Source of the DNA: an uncultured bacterium
Lineage (GTDB): Bacteria > Abyssobacteria > SURF-5
Direction of reading: 5' to 3'
Assembly (NCBI GenBank): GCA_964453435.1
Contig: CAYVQZ010000002.1
Span: 179,439 to 243,438 of the forward strand
Length of the DNA: 64,000 bases
The notes under the pieces are model-generated. The model saw only the letters and a program-made list of their open reading frames with translations, was not told the DNA's origin and searched no databases. The translations under genes and the position numbers were made by a program. Below, piece by piece: positions 31,489-41,277 of the stretch. Position 1 is the stretch's first letter, and each line of letters opens with the position of its first letter.

Positions 31489-32450
31489 GTGCGCCAAGGA
31501 AGCGGAGAAGTTCTTACCAGTGAAAGTCTGGGCTGGACAAAGGGTAACCGCCGGTCCAGCACCGAATCCCACGTGTGGGGAGGCGACGAACCGCATGAAG
31601 CTGGGAGGAGGGAGGTATCAGGCTCCAACGAAAGTGAAGGTATTGAGCCCCGAAATTTATCACGTGTCGGAGGCCGACAGCGTTCCGTGGCTGGAAGGCA
31701 GCACTGCGCGAGTCCGCAAGGGCGAGGACTCAGCAGCCCGACGGGGTCAGAGGCCGGTTGCATGATACCACAGGGAGCTTGTATGAACTTGGGAGGGCCG
31801 GGATATTCTCCGCCAGGAGGGGGAGTGTGCGAGGACAAGCGGTGAAAGGCGAGGAGTCGCAAATGGTGTCTCGGCAGTCGGACCACTTCATAGTACCGGT
31901 GAGGCGGGGTAACGCCCGCGGAGACAAGGGGCTGGCGGCAGCGCGATGAGTTCCGTGAGCGGTTCGCGAAGTTCGGGCTGAGGATATTCGAGGCGAAGAG
32001 CAGGACAATCGAGTCCGATCGGAAGACAGGGGCGCAAGGGAAGAAAGCTGGGACCTTCGACTTTCTCGGATTCACGCATTACTGCGGGAAAACGAGAAAC
32101 GGGAAGTTCAAGGTGGCGAAGAAGACCAGCCGGAAGAAGCTCGGTTCCGTCCGGAGCGGGATCAAGGCGATGAACCAGTGGCTGAAGCGCATCCGAAACG
32201 CTGTTGGGATGAAGGCATGGTGGAAGACACTGTGCCGGAAGCTCAGCGGCCATTACCGCTACTACGGAGTGAGCGGGAACATGGAAGGGCATAAGGCGGT
32301 ATTACTGGACAACATTGCGGCTCGTCTTGAAGTGAGTGAATCGGCGCAGCCAGAAGAAGAGCTATACCGGGGAAAATTCCGAGGGGTGCTCGCTGACGCA
32401 AGATCATCTTTGAAATTACACGCTTGTCCAAAATAGCTCTTTGTCTTGGC
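31489..32450 (+). mobile_element. Degenerate group II intron remnant with internally deleted intron-encoded protein
   Basis: 5' GTGCGCC at 31489. IEP N-terminus MVSRQSDHFIVPVRRGNARGDKG at 31863. RT-domain-7/X-like C-terminus (FDFLGFTHYCGKTRNGKFKVAKK...AMNQWLKR...LSGHYRYYGVSGN) in another frame up to 32436. RT domains 0-6 are absent and no recognisable domain V follows. Confidence 0.5.
31863..32436 (+). pseudogene. Group II intron reverse transcriptase/maturase, internally deleted and frameshifted
   Basis: See the mobile-element entry. The N-terminal 29 codons end in a stop, and C-terminal homology continues in a different frame. Confidence 0.5.
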
Positions 32451-32712
32451 CAGCATTTCACGCCCGCGGAACCCTCTCTGGAAATTGTCCTTTCAGACCT
32501 GCTCCTTGAAGAAATTCCATTCCGAAATTCGTTCCTGAGCAGGGTCTTTTTCGCCTGCAAGACCAAAAAGCATTTTGCAAATCTATTTTGCTATCTGGTA
32601 TCATTTATGCACTCCGGAAATACATTTGCAGGGATTCTCGGTCGTTTGTGTTCCGAGATTCACGGTTTTGTGCCGAAGCGGTCACAAGTCTCAATCAACC
32701 TATCCACCCTGA

Positions 32713-35583
32713 ATGGCCGAAGAGACGAAACGCTGTCCATACTGCGACGAGGAAATCCGCGCCCGGGCCGTCAAGTGCAAGCATTGCGGCGCGATGCTCG
32801 ATGAATCCGTTCCCGCTCCTTCCGCCCCCGACCCCTTGGACAGTCATCCTACAATCCCTCCCGGCGAGATCAAGAGTATCCTCGGCGGCAGGTATGAACT
32901 GCTGGAGGAACTCGGGCGCGGCGGAATGGGAATCGTGTATAAAGCGCTCGACACGAAGCTCGACACGGTTGTCGCCATCAAACTCCTTCCCGAATACCTC
33001 GCGCGCGACAACCGGGGCATAAACATCCTGAAGCGCGAGGCGCTCGCGGCCATGAAGCTCTCGCATCCGAACATCATGAAGTTCTACCACTTCGAGGACC
33101 ATCCCGAGGGCAAGTTCCTCATTGTGGAGTATATCGAGGGGAAGACGCTGGACCAGATTCTCGATGAAAGCCCGGGGCATGCGCTTCCCGAGGAACAGGT
33201 CATCAAGTATGCCGTAGAGGCATGTAAGGGTTTGGAATACGCTCACTCCGAAGGCGTCATTCACAGAGACATCAAACCCTCCAACATCATGGTGGACGTT
33301 AATGGCCGGGTGAAGATAACCGATTTCGGCATCGCGCGGGTCCTGAAAGACTCCCACACCCGCCACACCGGCACGGTCACCAGCGGCACGCTCTTATACA
33401 TGAGCCCGGAACAGATACAGGGCGAGAAGTGCGATGCGCGGAGCGATATTTACTCATTCGGCATCAGCCTGTATGAGCTCTTGAGCGGAAACGCTCCGTT
33501 TTCCTCTGGGGACATCACTCATCAGCATATCAACAAGATGCCCGCTCCCATTCCCGATATCTCGGACAGGCTGAATGCAATCCTTGTCAGATGTCTCGAG
33601 AAGAAACCCGAGGACCGATTCCGGAGCGCGGGCGAACTGGCCGATGCTCTCGCGGGCAGGATGAGTGCAGAAACGACCGAAGGCTCCAAAGCTGCTCAGA
33701 AACCTCATGAGCCTTTGTCCGTCAAGCCAGGGATGAGTCGCGCCTGGGTTGTGGCAATGTTGTTTTTGATAGTTGCGCTTATCGGTGGGGCGGTCGCATA
33801 TAGATACGTGCAGGCCGGGAAAGCCGACGATGAGGCCTCCGGAGTTCGAGCACAACCGCCCGATTCGAACTTCAGAAAACTTACTCCGGAGGAAGTAAAG
33901 GCAATGGGCCTACCCCTACCTGGGGCAGAACCGGCCAGGCCGGTTATGGAACAAGACCAGTCGGGAGACGATACGTCAAGCCAACAGCCAGAGGAAGCAA
34001 AAAAGAAGGAAGCGGAAGAGAGGGCAGAGGAGCAATCCAAGGCTGGCGAAGAAGAACGCAGGCGGGAAGAGCTTGAGAAGCAGGGGCTGGCGCAGGAGCG
34101 CGAGACGGCGCTGACACAGGCCGTTGTCGAGGTGAAGGTGGCGATGGAGGCATCGCTCGAGGCTGCAAAAAGGGCGGAGGCGCCGAAGCATGCCTCATCC
34201 GAGTTCAATGTTGCCGAGCAGGAGAGAAAGAAGGCGGCTGAATATGACCAACGGGGAAACAGAGAACTGGCAAAGGCATCATACGAAAAAGCCAAGGCTG
34301 GATATGACAAGTCCGTTCAGTCAGCCAAACAGGAGAAGGCGCGAATAGAGGCCGAGAGGGTGGCGAAGCAGAAGGCAGAGGCCGAGTCTGCGAGGTCGGA
34401 GATGGCGGCCGCCAAAAGCAGGGCCGAATCGGAGGAAGCGCTAAAGTTTGCTGGCGCGGAGTACGAACCGGCACTTACTTCAGAGCGGGAAGCATCGAAT
34501 TCATTCATTAGCGGGTCTTATGTTGAGGCGAAGGCGAAATATATTTCGGCCAAGGATGGATACCTGAGGGCACTCAATTTGGCGAAGCAGATCCGTGCTG
34601 AAATGATCCTCGTCCCTGCAGGCGAATTCATGATGGGGAGTCCGTCCGGTAAAGGAGCTTATGACGAGTACCCGCAGCATAGGGTGTATGTGGATGCGTT
34701 TTATATGGATGAGTACGAGGTGACGATGAGTCAGTATATGGCGTTTATACGCGCGACTGGACATCGTGGTCTGCCTGATTGGGTTTCCAAGTATGCCCCG
34801 AGTGACAACTGTCCAGTGGTGGGGGTAAGCTGGGATGACGCGGTTGCGTATGCTCAGTGGGTTGGCAAGCGGTTGCCGACCGAGGCCGAGTGGGAGTATG
34901 CATGCAGGGCAGGGAGCGCGATGAAATACTCATTCGGCAATGACGAGGGCAGGCTGGGCGAGTACGCCTGGTATGACAAAAACTCCGGCGGGAAGACGCA
35001 TCCTGTAGGCCAGAAGAAGCCGAACAACTGGGGTTTGTACGACATGCACGGGAACGTGTGGGAGTGGTGCTCGGACTGGCATGATTCGAAATACTACCAA
35101 AGCAGCCCATCAAAGAATCCGAAAGGTCCAGCGAACGGTCGGTATCGTGTGCTTCGTGGTGGGTCGTGGGGCCACTATGCGAGTTACATTCGTTCGGCGT
35201 ACCGGGACATCGGCACACCCGTGGACACGCGTAGCGGCGTCGGCTTCCGCTGCGCTAAGGATATTAAAAATAAGCAGTATCCTGCTGCAGAATCGTCCTC
35301 AGAAGAGGTTGAAAATGAAGAAGCAATCCCCAAACCCAGCGCTCGCTATGCGTTGCAAGTTAGCTCAAGTCAAGATAAGGCGCTAGCCTACAGTCTTGTT
35401 GAGATCCTAGGGGTTCAAGGTTACGAAAGCTATGTGGAAGAAACTGCTCTCGATTCGGCATCGGGGACATGGTTCAGGGTTATGGTCGGCCCGTTTCAGG
35501 CTCGAGAAGAAGCTGAAGCAGTATTGAGAACACTAAATAAGGATTCGAGGTTTGCAGGTTTGTATTTGAGATATTTGCCCTGA
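32713..35583 (+). CDS. Ser/Thr protein kinase: N-terminal zinc ribbon + kinase + TM + coiled coil + FGE-sulfatase (SUMF1-like) domain + C-terminal SPOR domain
   Basis: Zinc ribbon CPYCDEEIRARAVKCKHCGAML. Kinase motifs GRGGMGIVYKA, HRDIKPSN, DFG. FGE-like domain from [14 protein letters not shown] to RVLRGGSW...GFRCAKD. SPOR-like tail (YALQVSS...WFRVMVGPFQAREEAEAV). Confidence 0.85.
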   Translation: MAEETKRCPYCDEEIRARAVKCKHCGAMLDESVPAPSAPDPLDSHPTIPPGEIKSILGGRYELLEELGRGGMGIVYKALDTKLDTVVAIKLLPEYLARDNRGINILKREALAAMKLSHPNIMKFYHFEDHPEGKFLIVEYIEGKTLDQILDESPGHALPEEQVIKYAVEACKGLEYAHSEGVIHRDIKPSNIMVDVNGRVKITDFGIARVLKDSHTRHTGTVTSGTLLYMSPEQIQGEKCDARSDIYSFGISLYELLSGNAPFSSGDITHQHINKMPAPIPDISDRLNAILVRCLEKKPEDRFRSAGELADALAGRMSAETTEGSKAAQKPHEPLSVKPGMSRAWVVAMLFLIVALIGGAVAYRYVQAGKADDEASGVRAQPPDSNFRKLTPEEVKAMGLPLPGAEPARPVMEQDQSGDDTSSQQPEEAKKKEAEERAEEQSKAGEEERRREELEKQGLAQERETALTQAVVEVKVAMEASLEAAKRAEAPKHASSEFNVAEQERKKAAEYDQRGNRELAKASYEKAKAGYDKSVQSAKQEKARIEAERVAKQKAEAESARSEMAAAKSRAESEEALKFAGAEYEPALTSEREASNSFISGSYVEAKAKYISAKDGYLRALNLAKQIRAEMILVPAGEFMMGSPSGKGAYDEYPQHRVYVDAFYMDEYEVTMSQYMAFIRATGHRGLPDWVSKYAPSDNCPVVGVSWDDAVAYAQWVGKRLPTEAEWEYACRAGSAMKYSFGNDEGRLGEYAWYDKNSGGKTHPVGQKKPNNWGLYDMHGNVWEWCSDWHDSKYYQSSPSKNPKGPANGRYRVLRGGSWGHYASYIRSAYRDIGTPVDTRSGVGFRCAKDIKNKQYPAAESSSEEVENEEAIPKPSARYALQVSSSQDKALAYSLVEILGVQGYESYVEETALDSASGTWFRVMVGPFQAREEAEAVLRTLNKDSRFAGLYLRYLP

Positions 35584-35595
35584 AAAATATAAGCA

Positions 35596-37785
35596 ATGCT
35601 AGAAAATATTAAAAAGTGCCCATACTGCAAGGAAGAAATCCGTGCCGATGCCATCCGATGCAAGCATTGCCACATGATGCTTAATAAGGAATCTTCTGTT
35701 TCCGATGGATCGGATGTCGCCTCCGCCGGTCCTCTTGATGATGCGGTCACACGGCTTCCCGATGACGTCGGCAGGGTTTTGTCCGACCGATTCGAGATAA
35801 GAGAGCTGATCGCCGAAGGAGGTTTCGGGAAGGTATATCGAGCTTACGACGGGGTGATGAAGATCGATGTTGCGATCAAGGAACTCTCCGACCGCTTTGA
35901 GAAAGACCGGAAGGCGGTCAGGTTCCTCCTGTCGGAGGCAAAGGCCGCTCACGCGCTGGCGCATCCTCGCATCGCGAAGTTTGACTACTACGATGAGAAG
36001 GGTAACTATCTCCTCATGGAGTATGTTCCGGGCCTCGTGGTGGGGGATGCTGTGTGCCACGACGTGGCCCAGCTGCTGGAGGCCCGGGGAGGGAAACTGT
36101 CCGAGGAGGAGGCGACACGGATCATTCTGCAACTGCTCGAAGCGCTCCAATACGCGCACGGTCTGCCCGAGCCGGTCATCCACCGCGATATCAAGCCGCA
36201 GAACCTGCTGCTTGACGCGCAGGGAAACGTGAAGGTATGCGACTTCGGCATCGCAAAGGTGGTGCGGGAGAGCGTGAGCCGGTATGGAATACCCGACACC
36301 AGCGGGACATTGATGTACATGAGTCCGGAACAGTGTGTGGGCAGGGGAGTGGACGCCCGCAGCGACATCTACTCTCTTGGCGTTACCTTGTACGAGCTTC
36401 TGAGCGGAAGGACGCCGTTCGAGGATGCCGAGGACGTCACCTATTGTCACATCAATGTGGAACCCGAGCCGATTCGAGGGGTGGGCGACCGACTGAATGA
36501 GATTGTTCTGAAGTGTCTTGCCAAAAAGCCCGAGGACCGCTGGCAGAACGCCCGCGAGTTGGCCGATGCGCTGGAGGGAAAGATCGAGACGGATTCGGAA
36601 CGCAGGGAGAAGGAAGGAGCACGGGCGGCGCTGAGGAAGCAGGAAGAGGAGCGAAAGCGGAGGGAGAAAGAAGAGGCCGAACGCAAAGCAAAAGAAGAGG
36701 CTGCGCGCCGGCGCGAGCTAGAAGAATCCCGCAGGCTCGGAGAAGAAGAGGAAAGAAGGCAAAAGGAGATCGCCCGACGGTTTGTTCTCCCGAGCATCGA
36801 CCATGAGGAAGCTGCTCGACAGGTCGATGAAGAAAAGCAAAGAAAAGAGGCTGACAGAAAAGCAAGGGAAATGGGAGATAAGTGGAAGAAAATCAGGGCC
36901 CCCGCTGTGACGTTTGCGTTGATATATATTATTGTGGGAGTGGTCGGCGGCGGCATTATTTACTACCGAGCGCAGCCGCGGAAGAAGGCGGAACGCGCCC
37001 GCCGCGAGGCGGCGGTGCGGTATGACCAGCAAGCGAAGACTCTCAGTCCTTCACAAGACACAGTTGAAGAGAAAAAACCTTGGATAGAATTTAGGATCGA
37101 TTCCTCATTATTGAGAGACAGATTAAATGAGATAACTGGGAAAGAGAAACTTGTCTTCCCAGTAATTTTCGAGGAAAGCCCGTTTAGATTTAACGTGTCT
37201 GATGCAATAATGAAAACAAGAGAGATCCAATATACATATAAGAGAAAAGGTGAAGTTTTTGGAGCCGGAAAAGGAGAGTTTGATCGAAACACCGACATAA
37301 TTGACTACGTAGTTTTGCTGCGAATATTTACCTCTTCGAAAATTCCTAAGGACCGCACCAAATTTTTCAGTATGGCCGATTACAGAGCACTTGGAGAGCA
37401 TCTATACTTGGCTGTTGTTTCTTCAGGAACAGATTATATCGATCAATTGAACACAGTATCCATATCGGAGCCCAGCGAGTTTAGATGGGAAGGCAAGAGC
37501 AATATTCCATGGCTTTTTTGCTACGATTTCGATGGGAACGGCCTAGACGAAATCTGTTTAAGCTACATTCAGCCGCGCCAAGGCCCTTATTCTTGCTTCG
37601 AAGTGTATAGACTGGATAGTACCATGAGAAAGCTTGAGAGGATTGTTGATAAGCACGTAAACATCGTAGACCCTCCATATGGAGAGTTGCATTTTGACAG
37701 CGGTTCCCTATTCTTTACGGGAACGTTTTGGGATGATCAGAGGAGAACATTTATTTTGGGAAAGCGCGAGAGGATCTTGCCTTAA
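35596..37785 (+). CDS. Ser/Thr protein kinase: zinc ribbon + kinase + ER/K-rich helix + TM + low-GC C-terminal extracytoplasmic domain (FG-GAP-like DFDGNGLDE motif)
   Basis: [22 protein letters not shown]. Kinase [17 protein letters not shown] tract [42 protein letters not shown] helix at ~aa 440. The C-terminal ~250 aa is AT-rich. Confidence 0.85.
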   Translation: MLENIKKCPYCKEEIRADAIRCKHCHMMLNKESSVSDGSDVASAGPLDDAVTRLPDDVGRVLSDRFEIRELIAEGGFGKVYRAYDGVMKIDVAIKELSDRFEKDRKAVRFLLSEAKAAHALAHPRIAKFDYYDEKGNYLLMEYVPGLVVGDAVCHDVAQLLEARGGKLSEEEATRIILQLLEALQYAHGLPEPVIHRDIKPQNLLLDAQGNVKVCDFGIAKVVRESVSRYGIPDTSGTLMYMSPEQCVGRGVDARSDIYSLGVTLYELLSGRTPFEDAEDVTYCHINVEPEPIRGVGDRLNEIVLKCLAKKPEDRWQNARELADALEGKIETDSERREKEGARAALRKQEEERKRREKEEAERKAKEEAARRRELEESRRLGEEEERRQKEIARRFVLPSIDHEEAARQVDEEKQRKEADRKAREMGDKWKKIRAPAVTFALIYIIVGVVGGGIIYYRAQPRKKAERARREAAVRYDQQAKTLSPSQDTVEEKKPWIEFRIDSSLLRDRLNEITGKEKLVFPVIFEESPFRFNVSDAIMKTREIQYTYKRKGEVFGAGKGEFDRNTDIIDYVVLLRIFTSSKIPKDRTKFFSMADYRALGEHLYLAVVSSGTDYIDQLNTVSISEPSEFRWEGKSNIPWLFCYDFDGNGLDEICLSYIQPRQGPYSCFEVYRLDSTMRKLERIVDKHVNIVDPPYGELHFDSGSLFFTGTFWDDQRRTFILGKRERILP

Positions 37786-37865
37786 GATTTGTAACAACGG
37801 TTTCCACTACTGAATGATGAGCGACCAAAATCTATCAAAACCTGCACATAATCTGGCGAGCAGAG

Positions 37866-37950
37866 AATTGCGTTAAGTATCAAGTGCAAGCATTGTCATG
37901 AAGATGCAAGAAGAGAATGGCCCCTCTCATACCAGGCCATGCAGTCCCTC
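37866..37950 (+). pseudogene. Decayed fragment of a kinase-paralog N-terminus (..IKCKHCHEDA..) within a low-GC tract
   Basis: tatcaagtgcaagcattgtcatgaagatgc versus paralog atccgatgcaagcattgccacatgatgc (22 of 28 nt match). Translates to IKCKHCHEDARREWPLSYQAMQSLV* and is not an intact ORF. Confidence 0.3.
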
Positions 37951-38159
37951 GTATAGTTTTGCTGAATGATGCATTATTGTTTTCGTATCGCGGATATACG
38001 CCGATGACGGTGGAGTGAAATTTATGATGGAGCACATGATGATTGTATCTGTACTTCTGATTTTCAGGCTCTTGAATTCTTGTCGCGATTCTGAGAACGC
38101 GTGCACATAACATCTTGCAATAAAATGCACTCCTGCTTGTGCGAGAATCAGCAAGAAAA

Positions 38160-38440
38160 ACTATTCATTTGTGGCATTCGTGTTCCAAGAGATTCTTCGG
38201 TCGCTTCGCCTCCTGAATGACAGGGAGAGGATATGTTTGAATGAATTATACCCTAAGGGGAATAGACACTGCGCGGATGGCCGAATGAATTTGGCCCCAT
38301 CCCGCGAAACGCGGGACTTCTCTAATAGCTCAGCACACTCTGAGAAAATCTGCGGATGAGGAATATATGGTCGAATGAATTCGACCCCACAGGGGGATTC
38401 GTATTCCGTATTTGTGCAGGCGCCAATTCATTCGCACGGG
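38160..38440. repeat. Intergenic repeat cluster: MITE arm + REP palindromes + 90-bp CCCGCGAAACGCGGG hairpin element
   Basis: gaagagattcttcggtcgct..cctgaatgacagggagag; ggccgaatgaatttggcccc; atcccgcgaaacgcgggacttc...gagaaaatctgcggatgaggaatatatggtcgaatgaattcgacccc; caggcgccaattcattcgcac. Confidence 0.8.
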
Positions 38441-38536
38441 TTTGATTGTATCTTCGTGCATTTGCGGCTTGAAACCCAAGGGTCTTTCCTGTTGCTTAAA
38501 GATTTCATCAGGCTAAACGGCGAATAGAGAAACAGA

Positions 38537-40840
38537 ATGGCTGCAGAGACAAAACGCTGTCCATACTGCAAGGAAGAAATCCTTGCCGATGCCATCCGAT
38601 GCAAGCATTGCCACATGATGCTTGATAAGGAACCTTCTGTTTCCGATGGATCGGACGTCGCCGCCGCCGGTCCCCTTGATGATGCGGCCACCCGGCTTCC
38701 CGATGATGTCGGCAGGGTTTTGTCCGGCCGATTCGAGATAAAAGAACTGATCGCCGAAGGAGGTTTCGGGAAGGTATATCGAGCTTACGACCGGGTGATG
38801 AAGATCGATGTCGCGATCAAGGAACTCTCCGACCGCTTTGAGAAGGACCGGAAGGCGGTCAGGTTCCTCCTCTCTGAGGCAAAGGCCGCGCACGCGCTGG
38901 CGCATCCTCGCATCGCGAAGTTCGATTACTACGACGAGAAGGGGAAATATCTCCTCATGGAATATGTTCCGGGCCTGGTGGTGGGGGAGACTGTGTGCCA
39001 CGACGTGGCCCAGTTGCTGGAGGCCCGGGGAGGGAAACTGTCGGAAGAGGAGGCGACCCGGATCATCCTGCAACTGCTCGAAGCGCTGCAATACGCCCAC
39101 GGTCTGCCCGAGCCGGTCATCCACCGCGACATCAAGCCGCAGAACCTGCTGCTGGACGCGCAGGGGAACGTGAAGGTATGCGACTTTGGCATCGCAAAGG
39201 TGGTGCGGGAGAGCGTGAGCCGGTATGGGATACCCGACACCAGCGGGACATTGATGTACATGAGTCCGGAACAGTGTGTGGGCAGGGGAGTGGACGCCCG
39301 CAGCGACATCTACTCTCTTGGCGTTACCTTGTACGAGCTTCTGAGCGGAAGGACGCCGTTCGAGGATGCCGAGGACGTCACCTATTGTCACATCAATGTG
39401 GAACCCGAGCCGATTCGAGGGGTGAGCGGGCGACTGAATGAAATCATTCTCAAATGCCTTGCCAAAAAGCCCGAAGATCGCTGGCAGAACGCCCGTGAGT
39501 TGGCCGACGCGCTGGAGGGGAGAATCGAGACGGATTCGGAACGCCGGGAGAAAGAACGAGCGCGAGCGGCGCTGAGGAAGCAGGAAGAAGAGCGAAAGCA
39601 ACGGGAGAAAGAAGAAGCCGAGCGCAAAGCAAAAGAAGAGGCTACGCGCCAGCGCGAGCTGGAAGAATCCCGCAGGCTCGGAGAAGAAGAGGAAAGAAGG
39701 CAAAGGGAGGCCGTCCGACGGCTTGACTTCCCAAGCGTTGGCCATGAGGAAGCTGCTCGAGAGTTCGAGGAAGAAAAGCGGAGAAAAGAGGCTGAGAGAA
39801 AAGCACGGGAAGAAGAGGAGGAGCGAGAAAAAAACCGAGCCGTCGTCGTGGTACTGGCGCTGATATTCTTTCTTGCGGTCGCGGTTATCGGTGGTATTTA
39901 CTATCAAGGACGGGTGCGGGAGGAAGGGGAGCGCGCCCTCCGCGAGGCGGCAGGGCGGTCTGAGCAGGAAGCGAAGCAGAAACAGGCGGAGACTGAGAAG
40001 ACGACCCAAAGAGAAGCCGTAAGACCCCAGCCTTCCCCGAAACCGGCGCCGGTTGTTGTTCCACAACCAAAGCCGACCGCTTCTCAAAAGGCGGCGGCGC
40101 AAGCTCCCGAGGGTATGGTTTTGATTCCCGCCGGCGAGTTCATGATGGGGAGCCTGTCGGGCGAGGGACACGATCATGAGCATCCGCAGCACCGTGTGTA
40201 TGTGGACGCGTTTTATATGGACAGGTATGAGGTGACGGTTGGCCAGTACAAGAGGTTTCTGAGCGCGACGGGACATCGAAGCCTTCCGGACTGGGTGTCC
40301 GAGTATTCTCGTACTGCCGACTGTCCTGTGGTGGGAGTGAGCTGGGATGACGCGGTGGCATACGCCCGCTGGGCTGGCAAGCGATTGCCGACGGAGGCCG
40401 AGTGGGAGTATGCGTGCCGGGCCGGGAGCGCGACGAAATACTCATTCGGAAACGACGAGGGCAGGCTCGGTGAGTATGCCTGGTACTATTCCAACTCCGG
40501 CCGAAAGACGCATCCGGTGGGCCAGAAGAAGCAGAACGCCTGGGGCCTGTATGACATGCACGGGAACGTGTGGGAATGGTGCTCGGACTGGTACGACAAG
40601 GATTATTATAGCAACAGCCCTTCACGGAACCCGAAGGGTCCAACGAACGGTCAGTATCGCGTGCTTCGCGGCGGTTCCTGGAACAATAACGCCAACAACG
40701 CGCGGGCGGCGAACCGGAACAACAACACGCCAACGAACACGAACAACAACAACGGGTTTCGGTGCGCCAGGACTGCTCGGAGAAACATCCTTCTCCTTGC
40801 CGGATTTCGGCAGTTCAAGGATTGCCGAAGCGCGCATTGA
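38537..40840 (+). CDS. Ser/Thr protein kinase: zinc ribbon + kinase + ER/K-rich helix + TM + FGE-sulfatase domain with Asn-rich low-complexity insertion
   Basis: About 95% nt identity to 35596..~36800 over zinc ribbon, kinase and ER/K. FGE domain [14 protein letters not shown]...[38 protein letters not shown]. Confidence 0.85.
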   Translation: MAAETKRCPYCKEEILADAIRCKHCHMMLDKEPSVSDGSDVAAAGPLDDAATRLPDDVGRVLSGRFEIKELIAEGGFGKVYRAYDRVMKIDVAIKELSDRFEKDRKAVRFLLSEAKAAHALAHPRIAKFDYYDEKGKYLLMEYVPGLVVGETVCHDVAQLLEARGGKLSEEEATRIILQLLEALQYAHGLPEPVIHRDIKPQNLLLDAQGNVKVCDFGIAKVVRESVSRYGIPDTSGTLMYMSPEQCVGRGVDARSDIYSLGVTLYELLSGRTPFEDAEDVTYCHINVEPEPIRGVSGRLNEIILKCLAKKPEDRWQNARELADALEGRIETDSERREKERARAALRKQEEERKQREKEEAERKAKEEATRQRELEESRRLGEEEERRQREAVRRLDFPSVGHEEAAREFEEEKRRKEAERKAREEEEEREKNRAVVVVLALIFFLAVAVIGGIYYQGRVREEGERALREAAGRSEQEAKQKQAETEKTTQREAVRPQPSPKPAPVVVPQPKPTASQKAAAQAPEGMVLIPAGEFMMGSLSGEGHDHEHPQHRVYVDAFYMDRYEVTVGQYKRFLSATGHRSLPDWVSEYSRTADCPVVGVSWDDAVAYARWAGKRLPTEAEWEYACRAGSATKYSFGNDEGRLGEYAWYYSNSGRKTHPVGQKKQNAWGLYDMHGNVWEWCSDWYDKDYYSNSPSRNPKGPTNGQYRVLRGGSWNNNANNARAANRNNNTPTNTNNNNGFRCARTARRNILLLAGFRQFKDCRSAH

Positions 40841-41039
40841 GGAGTCCAGACTCGCTCCTGCGCCGGCTTCGGGAAGCCGGCCGAAGATCACGCATGCCGG
40901 GGTTGGGCCGGTAGGGCGGGCACTACGGCTCGAACGCTCGGCCTCGGCGAATTTTTCTGGAGAAGTCGGGCTGCCTGAAGCGGGGCGTCGAACTGCGTTG
41001 TCATCCTGAACAAAGTGAAGGATCTCGCTTCTTAAGGAA

Positions 41040-41240
41040 GTTATAGTCTGAAGAGATTCTTCGGTCGCTCCCTCAGAATGACGGGGAGAGTTTTGGCCGA
41101 ATAAATTCGGCCCTACAGTGGGGAAATAGCGATTGGTTGAATGAATTTGTTCCCACGGGAAGCGAGTTTGGGGCAACATAAATTACCGCAAAGGATAGGG
41201 TCGTTGTAGGTGCGAATTTATTCGCACAGGTTTTTGGCGG
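41040..41240. repeat. REP cluster + MITE arm upstream of RAYT
   Basis: gaagagattcttcggtcgctccctcagaatgacggggagag; ggccgaataaattcggccctacag; ggttgaatgaatttgttccc; gtaggtgcgaatttattcgcacagg. Confidence 0.8.
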
Positions 41241-41277
41241 ATATACCCCGCTTCGATAGAGTAAATCGGTTGGATCG

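Noticed and set aside
35599-40276. Long minus-strand ORFs 35599-36450 and 38513-40276, plus 42136-43260 and 44879-45868
   Set aside because: All are antisense to kinase or lipoprotein genes with strong domain evidence.
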